DNA of 64,000 bases from Candidatus Rhabdochlamydia sp. (GTDB taxonomy: Bacteria > Chlamydiota > Chlamydiia > Chlamydiales > Rhabdochlamydiaceae). The stretch covers positions 301,266 through 365,265 of the forward strand of contig JBOFFP010000003.1 in NCBI GenBank assembly GCA_051648645.1, in the 5' to 3' direction. The translations under genes and the position numbers were made by a program. A model generated the notes under the pieces. It was not told the DNA's origin. It saw only the letters and a list, made by a program, of their open reading frames with translations, and searched no databases. Below are positions 10,604-19,934 of the stretch, piece by piece. Numbering within the stretch: the stretch's first letter is position 1; each line of letters begins with the position of its first letter.

Positions 10604-10999
10604 CTAGCCGTAGATATGACTCCCTAAGCTATCCTCTCCACCTGTCATACTTTTACCCAACAAGGAAAAAGAAGGTTTTTTTCTTCTTTTAGCTGTTGTT
10701 TTTTTTCTGACCGCTCTCTTTTTGGGACTAGCGCTTTTTGCAGCTTTTCTCTTAGTTGCTTTTGCTCTTTTTGGAGCTGCTTTTTTAGCTGGTTTTGCTG
10801 CAGCTTTTCTTTTAGTTGCTTTTGCTCTCTTTGGAGCTGCTTTTTTCGCTCTTTTTGGAGCTGCTTTAGCTTTAGCTCTTTTTGGAGCCGCTTTTCTCTT
10901 AGTTGCTTTCGCTCTTTTTGGAGCTGCTTTGGCTTTAGCTCTCTTTGGAGCTGCCTTTCTAACTGTTTTTCTTTTAGTTGCCGTCTTTCTTGTGGCCAT
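10604..10999 (-). CDS. hctB: Histone H1-like nucleoid protein, Hc2 (HctB)-like
   Basis: Lys/Ala/Arg-rich AAPKRAKA(TKRK) repeats; strong AGGAGG SD; lacks the helical N-terminus typical of Hc1. Confidence 0.7.
   Translation of the reverse strand: MATRKTATKRKTVRKAAPKRAKAKAAPKRAKATKRKAAPKRAKAKAAPKRAKKAAPKRAKATKRKAAAKPAKKAAPKRAKATKRKAAKSASPKKRAVRKKTTAKRRKKPSFSLLGKSMTGGEDSLGSHIYG
10720..10960 (-). repeat. Imperfect coding tandem repeats inside the histone-like gene
   Basis: Repeated GCTCT(T/C)TTTGGAGC(T/C)GC units on the + strand encoding AAPKRA. Confidence 0.85.
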
Positions 11000-11313
11000 A
11001 AAAAAGATTCCTCCTGTTAATTGTAGTCCTATAGCAGGCTCAATATAATAACCCCTATAATTTTCACATTCTCAGGAAGAAAGTTTTTATTCAATAAAAA
11101 ATCTTAATTTTATTTAATAAATCATAATTTATTTATGTTTTTATCATTTAAAACCTCAAAAAACACATGATTATTTATCAAAATTCATACAAAACATAAC
11201 AGGTATTCAAACAAAAATAATTTATTTGACACCTATTTTTGGTTTAAGTTAAACATTAAGAAATGCAACTTTAATTATTTAATAATGAGCAATATGCTTA
11301 TAAGGAGGATTGC

Positions 11314-11727
11314 TTGTCTTTAGATCCTTATGATAAAAAAAAGCTTCTTTTAACCGATCAAGAATGGAGAACCAAACTCTCTTCTGAGCAATATGACATT
11401 CTTAGAAAAAAAGGAACGGAAAATGCTTTCCACAATAAGTACTATAACTTGAAAAAAGAGGGTATTTATCTTTGTGCAGGCTGCTCTCTTCCCCTTTTTA
11501 GTTCCGACACCAAATACGATTCAGGAACAGGATGGCCTAGTTTCTGGGCACCAATTACAGAAGAAAACATCACTTATCGAAAGGACACTAGTTTTTTTAG
11601 TAAAAGAACAGAGGTTTGTTGTAGTAGATGCGATGGACATTTAGGACACATCTTTGACGATGGTCCAAAGCCAACAGGTAAAAGATATTGTCTAAATTCT
11701 GCAGCATTGTATTTTGAAAAAACATAA
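11314..11727 (+). CDS. msrB: Peptide methionine-R-sulfoxide reductase
   Basis: KYDSGTGWPSF, HLGHIFDDGP, RYCLNS; AGGAGG SD. Confidence 0.96.
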   Translation: MSLDPYDKKKLLLTDQEWRTKLSSEQYDILRKKGTENAFHNKYYNLKKEGIYLCAGCSLPLFSSDTKYDSGTGWPSFWAPITEENITYRKDTSFFSKRTEVCCSRCDGHLGHIFDDGPKPTGKRYCLNSAALYFEKT

Positions 11728-12108
11728 TAAGCTAATTGCCCTTATCTAATTGCAATGGCCAATTATATTTTATTCTAGACAATCCTGTAGCCTAAAAATC
11801 GCTTAACTCTTGATTGCTCTCTCAATGCAGCTAATAGTCTTTCTCTTAAAAAGAGTATTCGGCAAATATAGACTCGATCTTCTGTTCTCAAAGCAGCTCT
11901 AGGGATTTTATCTATTACTACACAAAGCCTTTTTCCTTTCCTTTTGCATATACTGTCACTCGCTCTCTGCTATTTCATTTTCTATTCTCTGCTTTTATCC
12001 TAGATATTTTTATCTTCTTACTCTGCTTGAAACGATTTTTTTTGTCTTTCTTTCTAGAAATAGACCTTAAATAAATCTCCTCTTTGATTGAATATAGCTT
12101 GCTCTGCT

Positions 12109-12480
12109 TTAAAAGATTGCATCTAAAAATTTTTTCTTACCAACACTAAGGAGTTTGCTTATCAAAGATTGAACTTTATTTAATTTTTGTTTTCCACCTT
12201 TTTCTTCATTCCAGTGCAATTTACAGTTATAGATTGCATACATTACAGCTATTGTGTTGATTGTTATCCCTGCAATAATTGCTATTTTACGAGCAGTGGG
12301 AAATCTTGTAGAGACTCTACTAGCTCCTATTAAAGCAGTTCCTACTAAACCAGCTAATATAGCCAGCTTGTAGCCTCCTGTTTTATTTAGAGACTCTCCA
12401 CAAATTGACATTGGGGCATCCATTAGTTGCTCTAGTTCTTCAGAACAAAGTTTCATCAAAACTTCCGGTGGAAGCATCAT
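12109..12480 (-). CDS. Hypothetical protein with bilobed hydrophobic segment (Inc-like)
   Basis: Two adjacent hydrophobic helices with a short basic linker. Confidence 0.55.
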   Translation of the reverse strand: MMLPPEVLMKLCSEELEQLMDAPMSICGESLNKTGGYKLAILAGLVGTALIGASRVSTRFPTARKIAIIAGITINTIAVMYAIYNCKLHWNEEKGGKQKLNKVQSLISKLLSVGKKKFLDAIF

Positions 12481-12486
12481 CTGAAG

Positions 12487-12780
12487 CTACAGCTGTTCAG
12501 TTGGCTTCATTAAGCTCTGAAAATTCAATTGCTTAGGCTTGTAATTGGTTAGAATTGTATGAGCTTTTATTTTTTCTAAATGATTTTCAGAAAAATCATG
12601 AAAGCCCATTAGCTTATCTACCGCTGTGGATCGAGTCATACAGAATGCTTTTGATATATCATGATTTATTAGTTTACTTTCAGCAGAGGGTTGGCTCATA
12701 AAGGGGGTGATTGATATATCATGACGATACATTAGTTTTTCTACAGCTGTGGATTGAGTCATATCGAGTGTAATTGACAT
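12487..12780 (-). CDS. Hypothetical 97-aa protein with three ~20-aa repeats
   Basis: M(T/S)xxxAxxKLxxxHD(I/F)S three times. Confidence 0.55.
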   Translation of the reverse strand: MSITLDMTQSTAVEKLMYRHDISITPFMSQPSAESKLINHDISKAFCMTRSTAVDKLMGFHDFSENHLEKIKAHTILTNYKPKQLNFQSLMKPTEQL

Positions 12781-12783
12781 ATT

Positions 12784-13950
12784 TTACTCTTTTTTTAATT
12801 TTTCTTTTTTATTGATTATTTCATCTGGCTTATAAAGGTTACCCATGCCTTCTGAAGAAGTCTTGTTATAAAATTCCCATTCTACGTCATGGCGTCCACC
12901 ATTGACCACCTGTCCATTGACAACTACTGCCCAAGCCCATCCTCCGTATGGCATTTCTTTTTGATAAAGCTCTTTAAGGGGAAGACTGGCTTTTTTTCTA
13001 TGGGGAGAAATAGTTAAGATTTGCGTTCTGGAATTTCTCTTTTCATCTATTTCTTCGGAGGTAAGGGTTTCAGGAAGAGAGGAATCCCAATCAAATTCTC
13101 TGTATAGGCTACGTGTGCTATAGCTATTTTTTATCACTTTTTCCCATAATCTTGTTTCAAGAGGAAATCTACTGGGCTCTTTTTGAACGGCCTCTAATAA
13201 ATCGAGTAAGTAATCAAGAGCAAAATCAAACCGAGCATGCATGATTTTAGAAAATTCTATTAAACTAGAAAAAAGAGCTTCAATGGGAATATTCGTTTCT
13301 CTTTGTTGCAGTTTGGGAATACTTGTCACGCGAAACACGGCTTCATTCCACTCTGCAGGATATTCATAACCATCTATTAAAGCGTTATTATAGGGTAGCC
13401 AGAGATCTAAAGAAGAATCAAATATGGATGCAATTAATGGCATTAAATCTTCAAAAAAGAGCATAGCAATATTAAATCCATGTTCCACAGAGACCTCTTT
13501 TTCTGTGGAAAATTCGGCATAAGGAAAGACTAGTTTTTTATGGCTATTGCTGATTACATATTCCCATAGACTACTTTCTAAGGGATGTTTATTAGGATTT
13601 GTTTTTATTTCTTCTAACAGAGTAATCAGTGGCCCTAGTTCAAAATTGCACCCTGCATTGAAGAATTTAGTAAATTCGATCAAACAAGAAAGCAGTTCCT
13701 CTATTTGGATACTGGTTGCCTGTTCTTGAGAGGTAACTTGATAAAGAGCTTGGTTCCATCCTCCAGCAAGAGCATATCTACCTAACATGAGATTAAAGTT
13801 AAGCTTGGCGATTTCCTTAGAACTGGAGTTATAAAATGCAGGAATTTCATCATACAAACATCTAAAAAAAAAGAGAGCTAAATTAAATCCTTGCTCTGGA
13901 GTAACTTTCTGAAAGGAATAAGACTCGTCTTGAAATACAAATCGATACAT
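12784..13950 (-). CDS. Hypothetical protein with a tandem duplicated ~130-aa domain
   Basis: GFN(L/I)A..FF / WN.A...VTS / LIEF.K / PLE..LWE.VI.NS each occur twice. Confidence 0.75.
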   Translation of the reverse strand: MYRFVFQDESYSFQKVTPEQGFNLALFFFRCLYDEIPAFYNSSSKEIAKLNFNLMLGRYALAGGWNQALYQVTSQEQATSIQIEELLSCLIEFTKFFNAGCNFELGPLITLLEEIKTNPNKHPLESSLWEYVISNSHKKLVFPYAEFSTEKEVSVEHGFNIAMLFFEDLMPLIASIFDSSLDLWLPYNNALIDGYEYPAEWNEAVFRVTSIPKLQQRETNIPIEALFSSLIEFSKIMHARFDFALDYLLDLLEAVQKEPSRFPLETRLWEKVIKNSYSTRSLYREFDWDSSLPETLTSEEIDEKRNSRTQILTISPHRKKASLPLKELYQKEMPYGGWAWAVVVNGQVVNGGRHDVEWEFYNKTSSEGMGNLYKPDEIINKKEKLKKE

Positions 13951-13998
13951 ATTTTTTTCCTAATTTTAGTCGTTAAAGGCTATATTAGAAAGTCATTA

Positions 13999-14919
13999 TT
14001 AATCAATTTTAATTTTATTTACGATGCAAAATAGCTCCCCTTGTTTAATGGAAACGGTAAAAAAATCATGGAGACAAACATTGGAAATGCTGATGAAGTT
14101 TTTATCTAGTTGATCTGATTTCAGTTCCCATTTGAGTCCGTGAGTGGTAATACCTGTTACAGGGCCATAAAAAGGGATAAGAGAAATCACTTGGCCTTTT
14201 TTACAAGGAATATGCATTTCTTTGAAGGGTAGAATATGGATTAATTTTGTTATGGGATCACACAAAGAAGAAAAAAGATGGGATAAGGAGAAATCTGGTG
14301 TAGTTTGTCTTTGCTCTAAGCAAACAATAAATTCTCCTTTTTGTGCTTGTAGGGTGATTTTTTTGGTGAAGGGATAATAGAGGACTTGTTTACTTAAGTT
14401 GATGGTTTTTTCTGCTAGACATACTTGTGCAGGACCATTTAGAGCAAAAAGACTGAGTCTTTGAGCTGTGGAATGTTCTATTTGCACTTTTCCCAACTGT
14501 TGGTTGATGGCAAATGCAATTTGACTTTTTGATTCTATAAAGGCAGATCCGGGATTATTTAATAATTGAAAAACATTGCCTAATGTATGGTCAAGGCGCT
14601 TTCCAAGAGCGCCAAAAATACACATAGGACACTCTAGTGTTTTAGCCTTTTCAATAGCAGCTTCTAAATCTGTAAAATCTTTTTCGGTTTTGAGATGGAT
14701 CACCTTTTCAGGTCTGACTTTTGCTAAAACTTTAGGATCAACCGAATCAAAGTCACCAATTACCCAATTCGGAGAAATCTTCATGTCAAAACACTGCTCT
14801 AATCCTTGATCAACTGCAATGACAGAAGAGAAAGCTTGTACGCGAGAGTAGAAAGCGGGATCTATGGGTGTGCTACAGATAATAGCCACACTGTTTTTGC
14901 TATTAGGAGGTAGTATCAT
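13999..14919 (-). CDS. thiN: Thiamine pyrophosphokinase
   Basis: IAVDQG, IGDFDS, EKDFTDLE, GALGKRLDHTLGN, GLKWEL, ISN; start approximate. Confidence 0.88.
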   Translation of the reverse strand: MILPPNSKNSVAIICSTPIDPAFYSRVQAFSSVIAVDQGLEQCFDMKISPNWVIGDFDSVDPKVLAKVRPEKVIHLKTEKDFTDLEAAIEKAKTLECPMCIFGALGKRLDHTLGNVFQLLNNPGSAFIESKSQIAFAINQQLGKVQIEHSTAQRLSLFALNGPAQVCLAEKTINLSKQVLYYPFTKKITLQAQKGEFIVCLEQRQTTPDFSLSHLFSSLCDPITKLIHILPFKEMHIPCKKGQVISLIPFYGPVTGITTHGLKWELKSDQLDKNFISISNVCLHDFFTVSIKQGELFCIVNKIKID

Positions 14920-15019
14920 AACTTGATATAAATACTTCATGTAAGCGATTTCTAAAAGCTTTTTGTCTTGCTCTTTAAAATCTGCCACTTCTACACTCAT
15001 TTTCAAATGTGAGGATCCT

Positions 15020-16579
15020 TTGGAAGAAAAAAGCTTGAATCTTAGCGTGAGGCGTTTTTTTTCTGGAACGCTTTTAAGCCGTATAAGTGGGATGGGACGC
15101 GATTTAGTCATGGCTTTTGCTTTTGGCGATCACGCCTCCGTTGCTGCATTTATGGTGGCTTTTCGCCTTTCCAATTTATTAAGGCGTCTTTTGGGTGAGG
15201 GTCCTTTTCAATCCGCTTTTATCCCCCATTTTATGCAAATACATGTACAAGATCAATCAAAGGCACATGTATTTTTTTGTAAGTTAAATCTTTTGATTTC
15301 TATTTTACTAGTGGGCTTTATCTTGCTAGCAGAAGGTGGTATTGCGACCTATTTAACAGGGCAAATTTCAGATGCCAATCGTGAAATTTTAGAGTTAACA
15401 GCCTGGCTTTTGCCAGGTATTTTGTTTATTTGTTTATATGGTCTCAATATTTCTGTTTTGAATTGCTACGAGTGTTTTTTTCTTCCAAGCTTTGCTCCTT
15501 TTGTCTGTAATGTGACTTGGATGGCTGCAGCTTTTTTATTAAGGCATCAAACACCTAGTTTGGCCATGTCTTATTTAGCAAAATGGGTTGCAGTGGGCTT
15601 TTTTGGGCAGTGGCTGCTTACCCTTCCAGCTACATTGAAATATATTGGGGGTCATTGGAAGCAATGGTTTTATCTACAAATCCCAGAAGAGGTTAAAGTA
15701 CTTGCAAAGACATTGAGTTTAAGCATCATTGGCGTTGGAGCCATGCAGATCAATGCATTTGTCGATCCCTTGTTTGCTAGATACATCGATGTAAAAGCTC
15801 CCACTTATCTTTGGTATTCCATTCGATTAGAGCAGTTAGCTTTGGCTATTTTTGGTATTGCTTGCGTAAGCACTATTGTTCCTCGCCTTGCAAGATCTTT
15901 GAAAAGTGGACAAATTGAGCAAGCCAAAAACCTATTTATCTTTAGCTATCAACGGATTATGACAGTAATGATCCCTTGTACTTTTGCGATTCTAGCAATG
16001 GGTATCAATTCGGTGAACTTGTTATATGGTAGGGGAAATTTTTCTGAAACAGCCGTATTAAAAACCTCTTTTTGTCTTTGGGCGTATGGTTTGGGTCTTG
16101 TTCCAAATAGTTTGGTAATTTTATTCTCAGCTGTTTTTTATGCACAAAACAATTTTCGCACACCCATGTTTATCTCTGTTGCTACAGTTATTATTAACAT
16201 CGCTTTAAATACTCTATTTGTATTTCAGCTGCAGCTAGGTGTGATTAGCACTGCTTTAGCTACAAGTATAAGTGCTTATCTCAACTATTGGATTCTCTAT
16301 AGATTTAGTCATAGAGCTGGTTGGGATTCCGAAGTTTTTTTTCCTCTTATCATCAAAACAGTCTTTGCTAGTGTATTTGCAACCCTTTGTGCTCTGCTAA
16401 TTGATTTCTTTCCCACTTGGATTCTATCTCGCAATACGTCTTCTCAGCTTTTACATTTTTTTACTCAAGCCGCAGTTTTTATATCAGGCTTATTTCTCTA
16501 TGCAAAGGTATTTAAACATAGAGAATTATTAGAACTTTTTTCTGATTTTTTCTTGAAAAGCTCCTCGGAAGTAAAATAA
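15020..16579 (+). CDS. murJ: Lipid II flippase MurJ/MviN
   Basis: SRISGMGRD, FRLSNLLRRLLGEG..SAFIP, multi-TM; start inferred at TTG with GAGG SD. Confidence 0.93.
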   Translation: MEEKSLNLSVRRFFSGTLLSRISGMGRDLVMAFAFGDHASVAAFMVAFRLSNLLRRLLGEGPFQSAFIPHFMQIHVQDQSKAHVFFCKLNLLISILLVGFILLAEGGIATYLTGQISDANREILELTAWLLPGILFICLYGLNISVLNCYECFFLPSFAPFVCNVTWMAAAFLLRHQTPSLAMSYLAKWVAVGFFGQWLLTLPATLKYIGGHWKQWFYLQIPEEVKVLAKTLSLSIIGVGAMQINAFVDPLFARYIDVKAPTYLWYSIRLEQLALAIFGIACVSTIVPRLARSLKSGQIEQAKNLFIFSYQRIMTVMIPCTFAILAMGINSVNLLYGRGNFSETAVLKTSFCLWAYGLGLVPNSLVILFSAVFYAQNNFRTPMFISVATVIINIALNTLFVFQLQLGVISTALATSISAYLNYWILYRFSHRAGWDSEVFFPLIIKTVFASVFATLCALLIDFFPTWILSRNTSSQLLHFFTQAAVFISGLFLYAKVFKHRELLELFSDFFLKSSSEVK

Positions 16580-16635
16580 TTGTTGCCTGCTTTAAAGAGA
16601 TTGCTATGCTGATAAAAAAATACTAAACGTTTTTT

Positions 16636-16989
16636 ATGCTTACCAAAAAAAATCCCTACGGCTTAAATCCTCAATTGTTTTTCAAGCGATTAACTCGTAA
16701 TTCATTGGCGGGTTTTTTAATTATTTTAGGCTCTCTGGGTGCAGGTATGCTAGGATATCATCACTTTGAAAAGATGCCTTGGATCGATGCTTATGAGAAT
16801 GCAGCCATGATCTTATCTGGAATGGGACCTGTAACAGACATAGTAACAAAAGAAGGAAAAATCTTTGCTGGCAGCTATGCTCTTTTTAGCGGTATTGTTT
16901 TCTTAGTGGTTATTGCCATTATTTTTGCTCCTGTCATTCATCGTTTTTTTCATAAATTTCATATCGAAGAAGAAAAACTTGGCAAATAA
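16636..16989 (+). CDS. Small two-TM membrane protein resembling a K+-channel pore module
   Basis: TM1, WIDAYENAAMILSGMGP, EGKIFAGSYALFSG, TM2. Confidence 0.65.
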   Translation: MLTKKNPYGLNPQLFFKRLTRNSLAGFLIILGSLGAGMLGYHHFEKMPWIDAYENAAMILSGMGPVTDIVTKEGKIFAGSYALFSGIVFLVVIAIIFAPVIHRFFHKFHIEEEKLGK

Positions 16990-17506
16990 AAAAGATCGAC
17001 CCAAATATCTGTTGCTTGAGAAATGGGATAATTTTGAGATTAGGCAATATGAGCCACGCGTTGTGGCAGAAACAATGGTTCAAGCAAGCTTCGAAGAAGC
17101 CATCCAAGAAGGATTTAATATTCTTGCAGCGTATATTTTTGGGCAAAATACTACTAAAACCAAAATTGCTATGACTGCACCCGTGGAACAAAGAGTAGAC
17201 ACAGTACAAGAAAACTGGAGAATCACTTTTAGCATGCCAGCAACATATAAAATGGAAGAACTCCCCCCACCTAAAGATTCTCGAATTACTCTGAAACAAC
17301 TTGAAGCACAAACAAGAGCAGCATTTATTTTTTCGGGATTTTGTACGGAAAAAAAAACCGAACAAAATACGAAACTTCTTTTAGAACTCATAGAACAACA
17401 CGGCTATATATCTATTGGGCCTTGTATTTTGGCAAGATATGATCCTCCATGGACGCTTCCTTGCTTCCGTCATAATGAATTGCTATTTTTTATCCAAGTA
17501 AAGTAG
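16979..17506 (+). CDS. SOUL family heme-binding protein
   Basis: FEIRQY, GF..LAAYIFG.N, KIAMTAPV, ARYDPPWT.P..R.NE; start uncertain (16913 or 16979). Confidence 0.9.
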   Translation: MANKKDRPKYLLLEKWDNFEIRQYEPRVVAETMVQASFEEAIQEGFNILAAYIFGQNTTKTKIAMTAPVEQRVDTVQENWRITFSMPATYKMEELPPPKDSRITLKQLEAQTRAAFIFSGFCTEKKTEQNTKLLLELIEQHGYISIGPCILARYDPPWTLPCFRHNELLFFIQVK

Positions 17507-17535
17507 GATAAAAAAAATATTTTACAGAGTTGGTT

Positions 17536-18906
17536 ATGACCGTAGAAATTCTTTCTCGCATACAATTTGCCTTTACGTTGACCTTTCACTATATCTATCC
17601 TCCGCTTAGCATTGGGCTTTCTTTGGCTTTGATTTTTATGGAAGGGATGTACCTAAAGACCAAATTGAAGATTTGGGAAGATATGACCAAATTCTGGTTA
17701 AAAATCTTTGCACTTACTTTCGCTCTTGGAGTAGCAACAGGAATCCCTTTGCAATTTAGCTTAGGAACTAACTGGGCTAGATACTCCCGTTTTGTAGGAG
17801 ATGTGTTTGGCAGTGCCTTAAGCGCTGAAGGTTTTTTTGCTTTTTTAATTGAAGGAGGCTTCTTAGGACTTCTTCTTTTTGGTTGGAAAAAAGTTTCTTC
17901 TACCATCCATTTTTTATCGACCATCTTGGTGTCTTTTGGGGCCCATTTTAGCGCATTTTGGATAGTGGCTGCTAACTCTTGGATGCAATACCCCACAGGC
18001 TATGAGTTAGTTACCCAATCAGATGGAACCGTTGTTGCTCAAGTAACTGATTGGGTCCAAATGCTTTTCAATCCAACAGCCATTGATCATATTGTTCATG
18101 TCATCCTTTCTGCTTGGTTAACAGGCGCTTTTTTAATCATTAGCGTGTCTGCCTACTATCTCCTAAAAAAACGACATTTTGAGTTTGCCGTACGCTCCTT
18201 CAAATTAGGCATTTTGATGACCTTCATATCTGGTGTTTTACAACTGGTTTCTGCAGACTTTTTAGCAAGAGATGTCGCCAAATACAATCCAGTTAAATTG
18301 GCTGCATTTGAGGGTGTTTTTGAAACAACACCCTATACTCCGGCTTTCGCTTTTGGTTGGGTAGATGTAGAAAAACAAAAAGTACATGGATTGCCTATTC
18401 CTGGATTACTTAGTTTTTTAGTGTATCGCGATTTTAAGCCCGCAGTTCCAGGACTGAATGAATTTCCTCATGAAGAATGGCCTTTAATTCAACCCGTCTT
18501 TCAAGTTTATCATCTGATGATTATTTGTTGGGGATTGATGATGTTAGCCTCGCTAATTGGCCTTTACATGTGGTGGAAGAAAAAATGGGTACTATCTCCT
18601 GTTTTACAATGGTTTTTGATTCTATCGGTTATTCTCCCTCAACTAGCTAACATAGCTGGTTGGTATTCTTCTTGTATGGGAAGACAACCTTGGATTGTGC
18701 ATAAACTATTAAAGACAAGTGAAGGATTTTCAGAAACGGTAACAATAGCCCAAAATCTCACTTCACTGATTCTCTTTGTCATTATTTACTTACTCTTCTT
18801 AGTGCTATTTTTATTTCTGCTAGATAAGAAAATTAAGCATGGTCAGAACCTAGTAGAAGATGCAGATATATATCGAGATCTCTATTCAAAGGATAAATCC
18901 TCATGA
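17536..18906 (+). CDS. cydA: Cytochrome bd oxidase subunit I (atypical residues)
   Basis: LSRIQFA..FH, GTNW, EG..AF..E, ANSWMQ, PVKLAAFEG, GRQPW. Confidence 0.95.
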   Translation: MTVEILSRIQFAFTLTFHYIYPPLSIGLSLALIFMEGMYLKTKLKIWEDMTKFWLKIFALTFALGVATGIPLQFSLGTNWARYSRFVGDVFGSALSAEGFFAFLIEGGFLGLLLFGWKKVSSTIHFLSTILVSFGAHFSAFWIVAANSWMQYPTGYELVTQSDGTVVAQVTDWVQMLFNPTAIDHIVHVILSAWLTGAFLIISVSAYYLLKKRHFEFAVRSFKLGILMTFISGVLQLVSADFLARDVAKYNPVKLAAFEGVFETTPYTPAFAFGWVDVEKQKVHGLPIPGLLSFLVYRDFKPAVPGLNEFPHEEWPLIQPVFQVYHLMIICWGLMMLASLIGLYMWWKKKWVLSPVLQWFLILSVILPQLANIAGWYSSCMGRQPWIVHKLLKTSEGFSETVTIAQNLTSLILFVIIYLLFLVLFLFLLDKKIKHGQNLVEDADIYRDLYSKDKSS

Positions 18907-19931
18907 GTATTTTTGTTTTGCAACATATAGCCCTTTTTATTTTTCTTTTTTCTGCCATTGCTTATGCAACGTTGGATGGATTTGATCTAGGTGTTGGTTG
19001 TTTACATCTTTTTGCTAGAAAGGATGAAGAGCGCAGGATTTTCCTAAATGCCATTGGTCCGGTATGGGATGGAAATTCCGTTTGGATTGTGATTTCAACT
19101 GGAATTTTGCTAGCGGGTTTTCCTAAGGTATTTGCTAGCTTACTTTCTGGTTTGTATGTGCCTATGATGCTCTTGGTTTTTGGTTTTATGTTTAGGTCAG
19201 CTGCCATGGAATTTCGCAGTAAAAAAGAATCTTCTCTTTGGCGTAAAACTTGGGATGTATTGTTTTTTTTAGCTAGTTTACTCATTTCCTTGGATCTTGG
19301 TTTAATTTTAGGCAATTTAATCCAAGGCATGCCACTAAATCACACGGGTATTATTTTATGGGATCAATTTTATTTTTTAAACCCTTACGCATTTTTAATA
19401 GCGTGTTTTACCCTTTCTTTCTTTGCACTTCATGGCTGCTTGTATCTCTTAATTAAAACAGAGGGAGACACTCACAAGCATTTGCTAAAATTGAGCTATC
19501 CTTTGGTCATTTCTTTTCTAGCTCTTTGGCTTGCAACAACATTAGCAACTTATGAATACTTTCCTTTCATGATGGATAGAATTTTTAACCACCCAAGTCT
19601 TGTTATTTTTGTACTTATCAGTTTATTTGGAGTTTTTTCCATCCCCTATCAATTATATAAAGAACGCTTTGGTTGGGCTTTCATTGGTTCTTGCATTGCT
19701 ATTTTAAGTTTAATGCTACTCTATGCAATAGGGACCTATCCAGATTTAATTATCTCTAGTAGAAATCCCGAGGAATTAAGCCTTTCCATTTTTAATAGTT
19801 CATCCTCACCCATTACTTTATGGGTGATCTTTATTGTTGCTTTAGCAGGAGCTCCTTTATCGATTTTTTATGTCAGTTACGTATACAAAATTTTTAAAGG
19901 CAAAGTAAAACTCGATCCAACAAGTTATTAA
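18903..19931 (+). CDS. cydB: Cytochrome bd oxidase subunit II
   Basis: LDGFDLGVG, IGPVWDGNSVW, EFRSK; ATGA overlap with cydA. Confidence 0.95.
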   Translation: MSIFVLQHIALFIFLFSAIAYATLDGFDLGVGCLHLFARKDEERRIFLNAIGPVWDGNSVWIVISTGILLAGFPKVFASLLSGLYVPMMLLVFGFMFRSAAMEFRSKKESSLWRKTWDVLFFLASLLISLDLGLILGNLIQGMPLNHTGIILWDQFYFLNPYAFLIACFTLSFFALHGCLYLLIKTEGDTHKHLLKLSYPLVISFLALWLATTLATYEYFPFMMDRIFNHPSLVIFVLISLFGVFSIPYQLYKERFGWAFIGSCIAILSLMLLYAIGTYPDLIISSRNPEELSLSIFNSSSSPITLWVIFIVALAGAPLSIFYVSYVYKIFKGKVKLDPTSY

Positions 19932-19934
19932 TCT

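Noticed and set aside
10722..11048. 108-aa hydrophobic repeat ORF on the + strand
   Set aside because: Antisense shadow of the Lys/Ala repeats of the histone-like gene, which has the strong SD
11728..12108. 380-bp gap with purine-rich minus-strand frames and a GAGGAG
   Set aside because: All frames are interrupted and there is no start after the SD; possibly a decayed gene, but no recognisable motif
14920..15111. Apparent head-to-head overlap of thiN and murJ
   Set aside because: Artefact of longest-ORF starts; plausible starts at 14919 and 15020 remove the overlap
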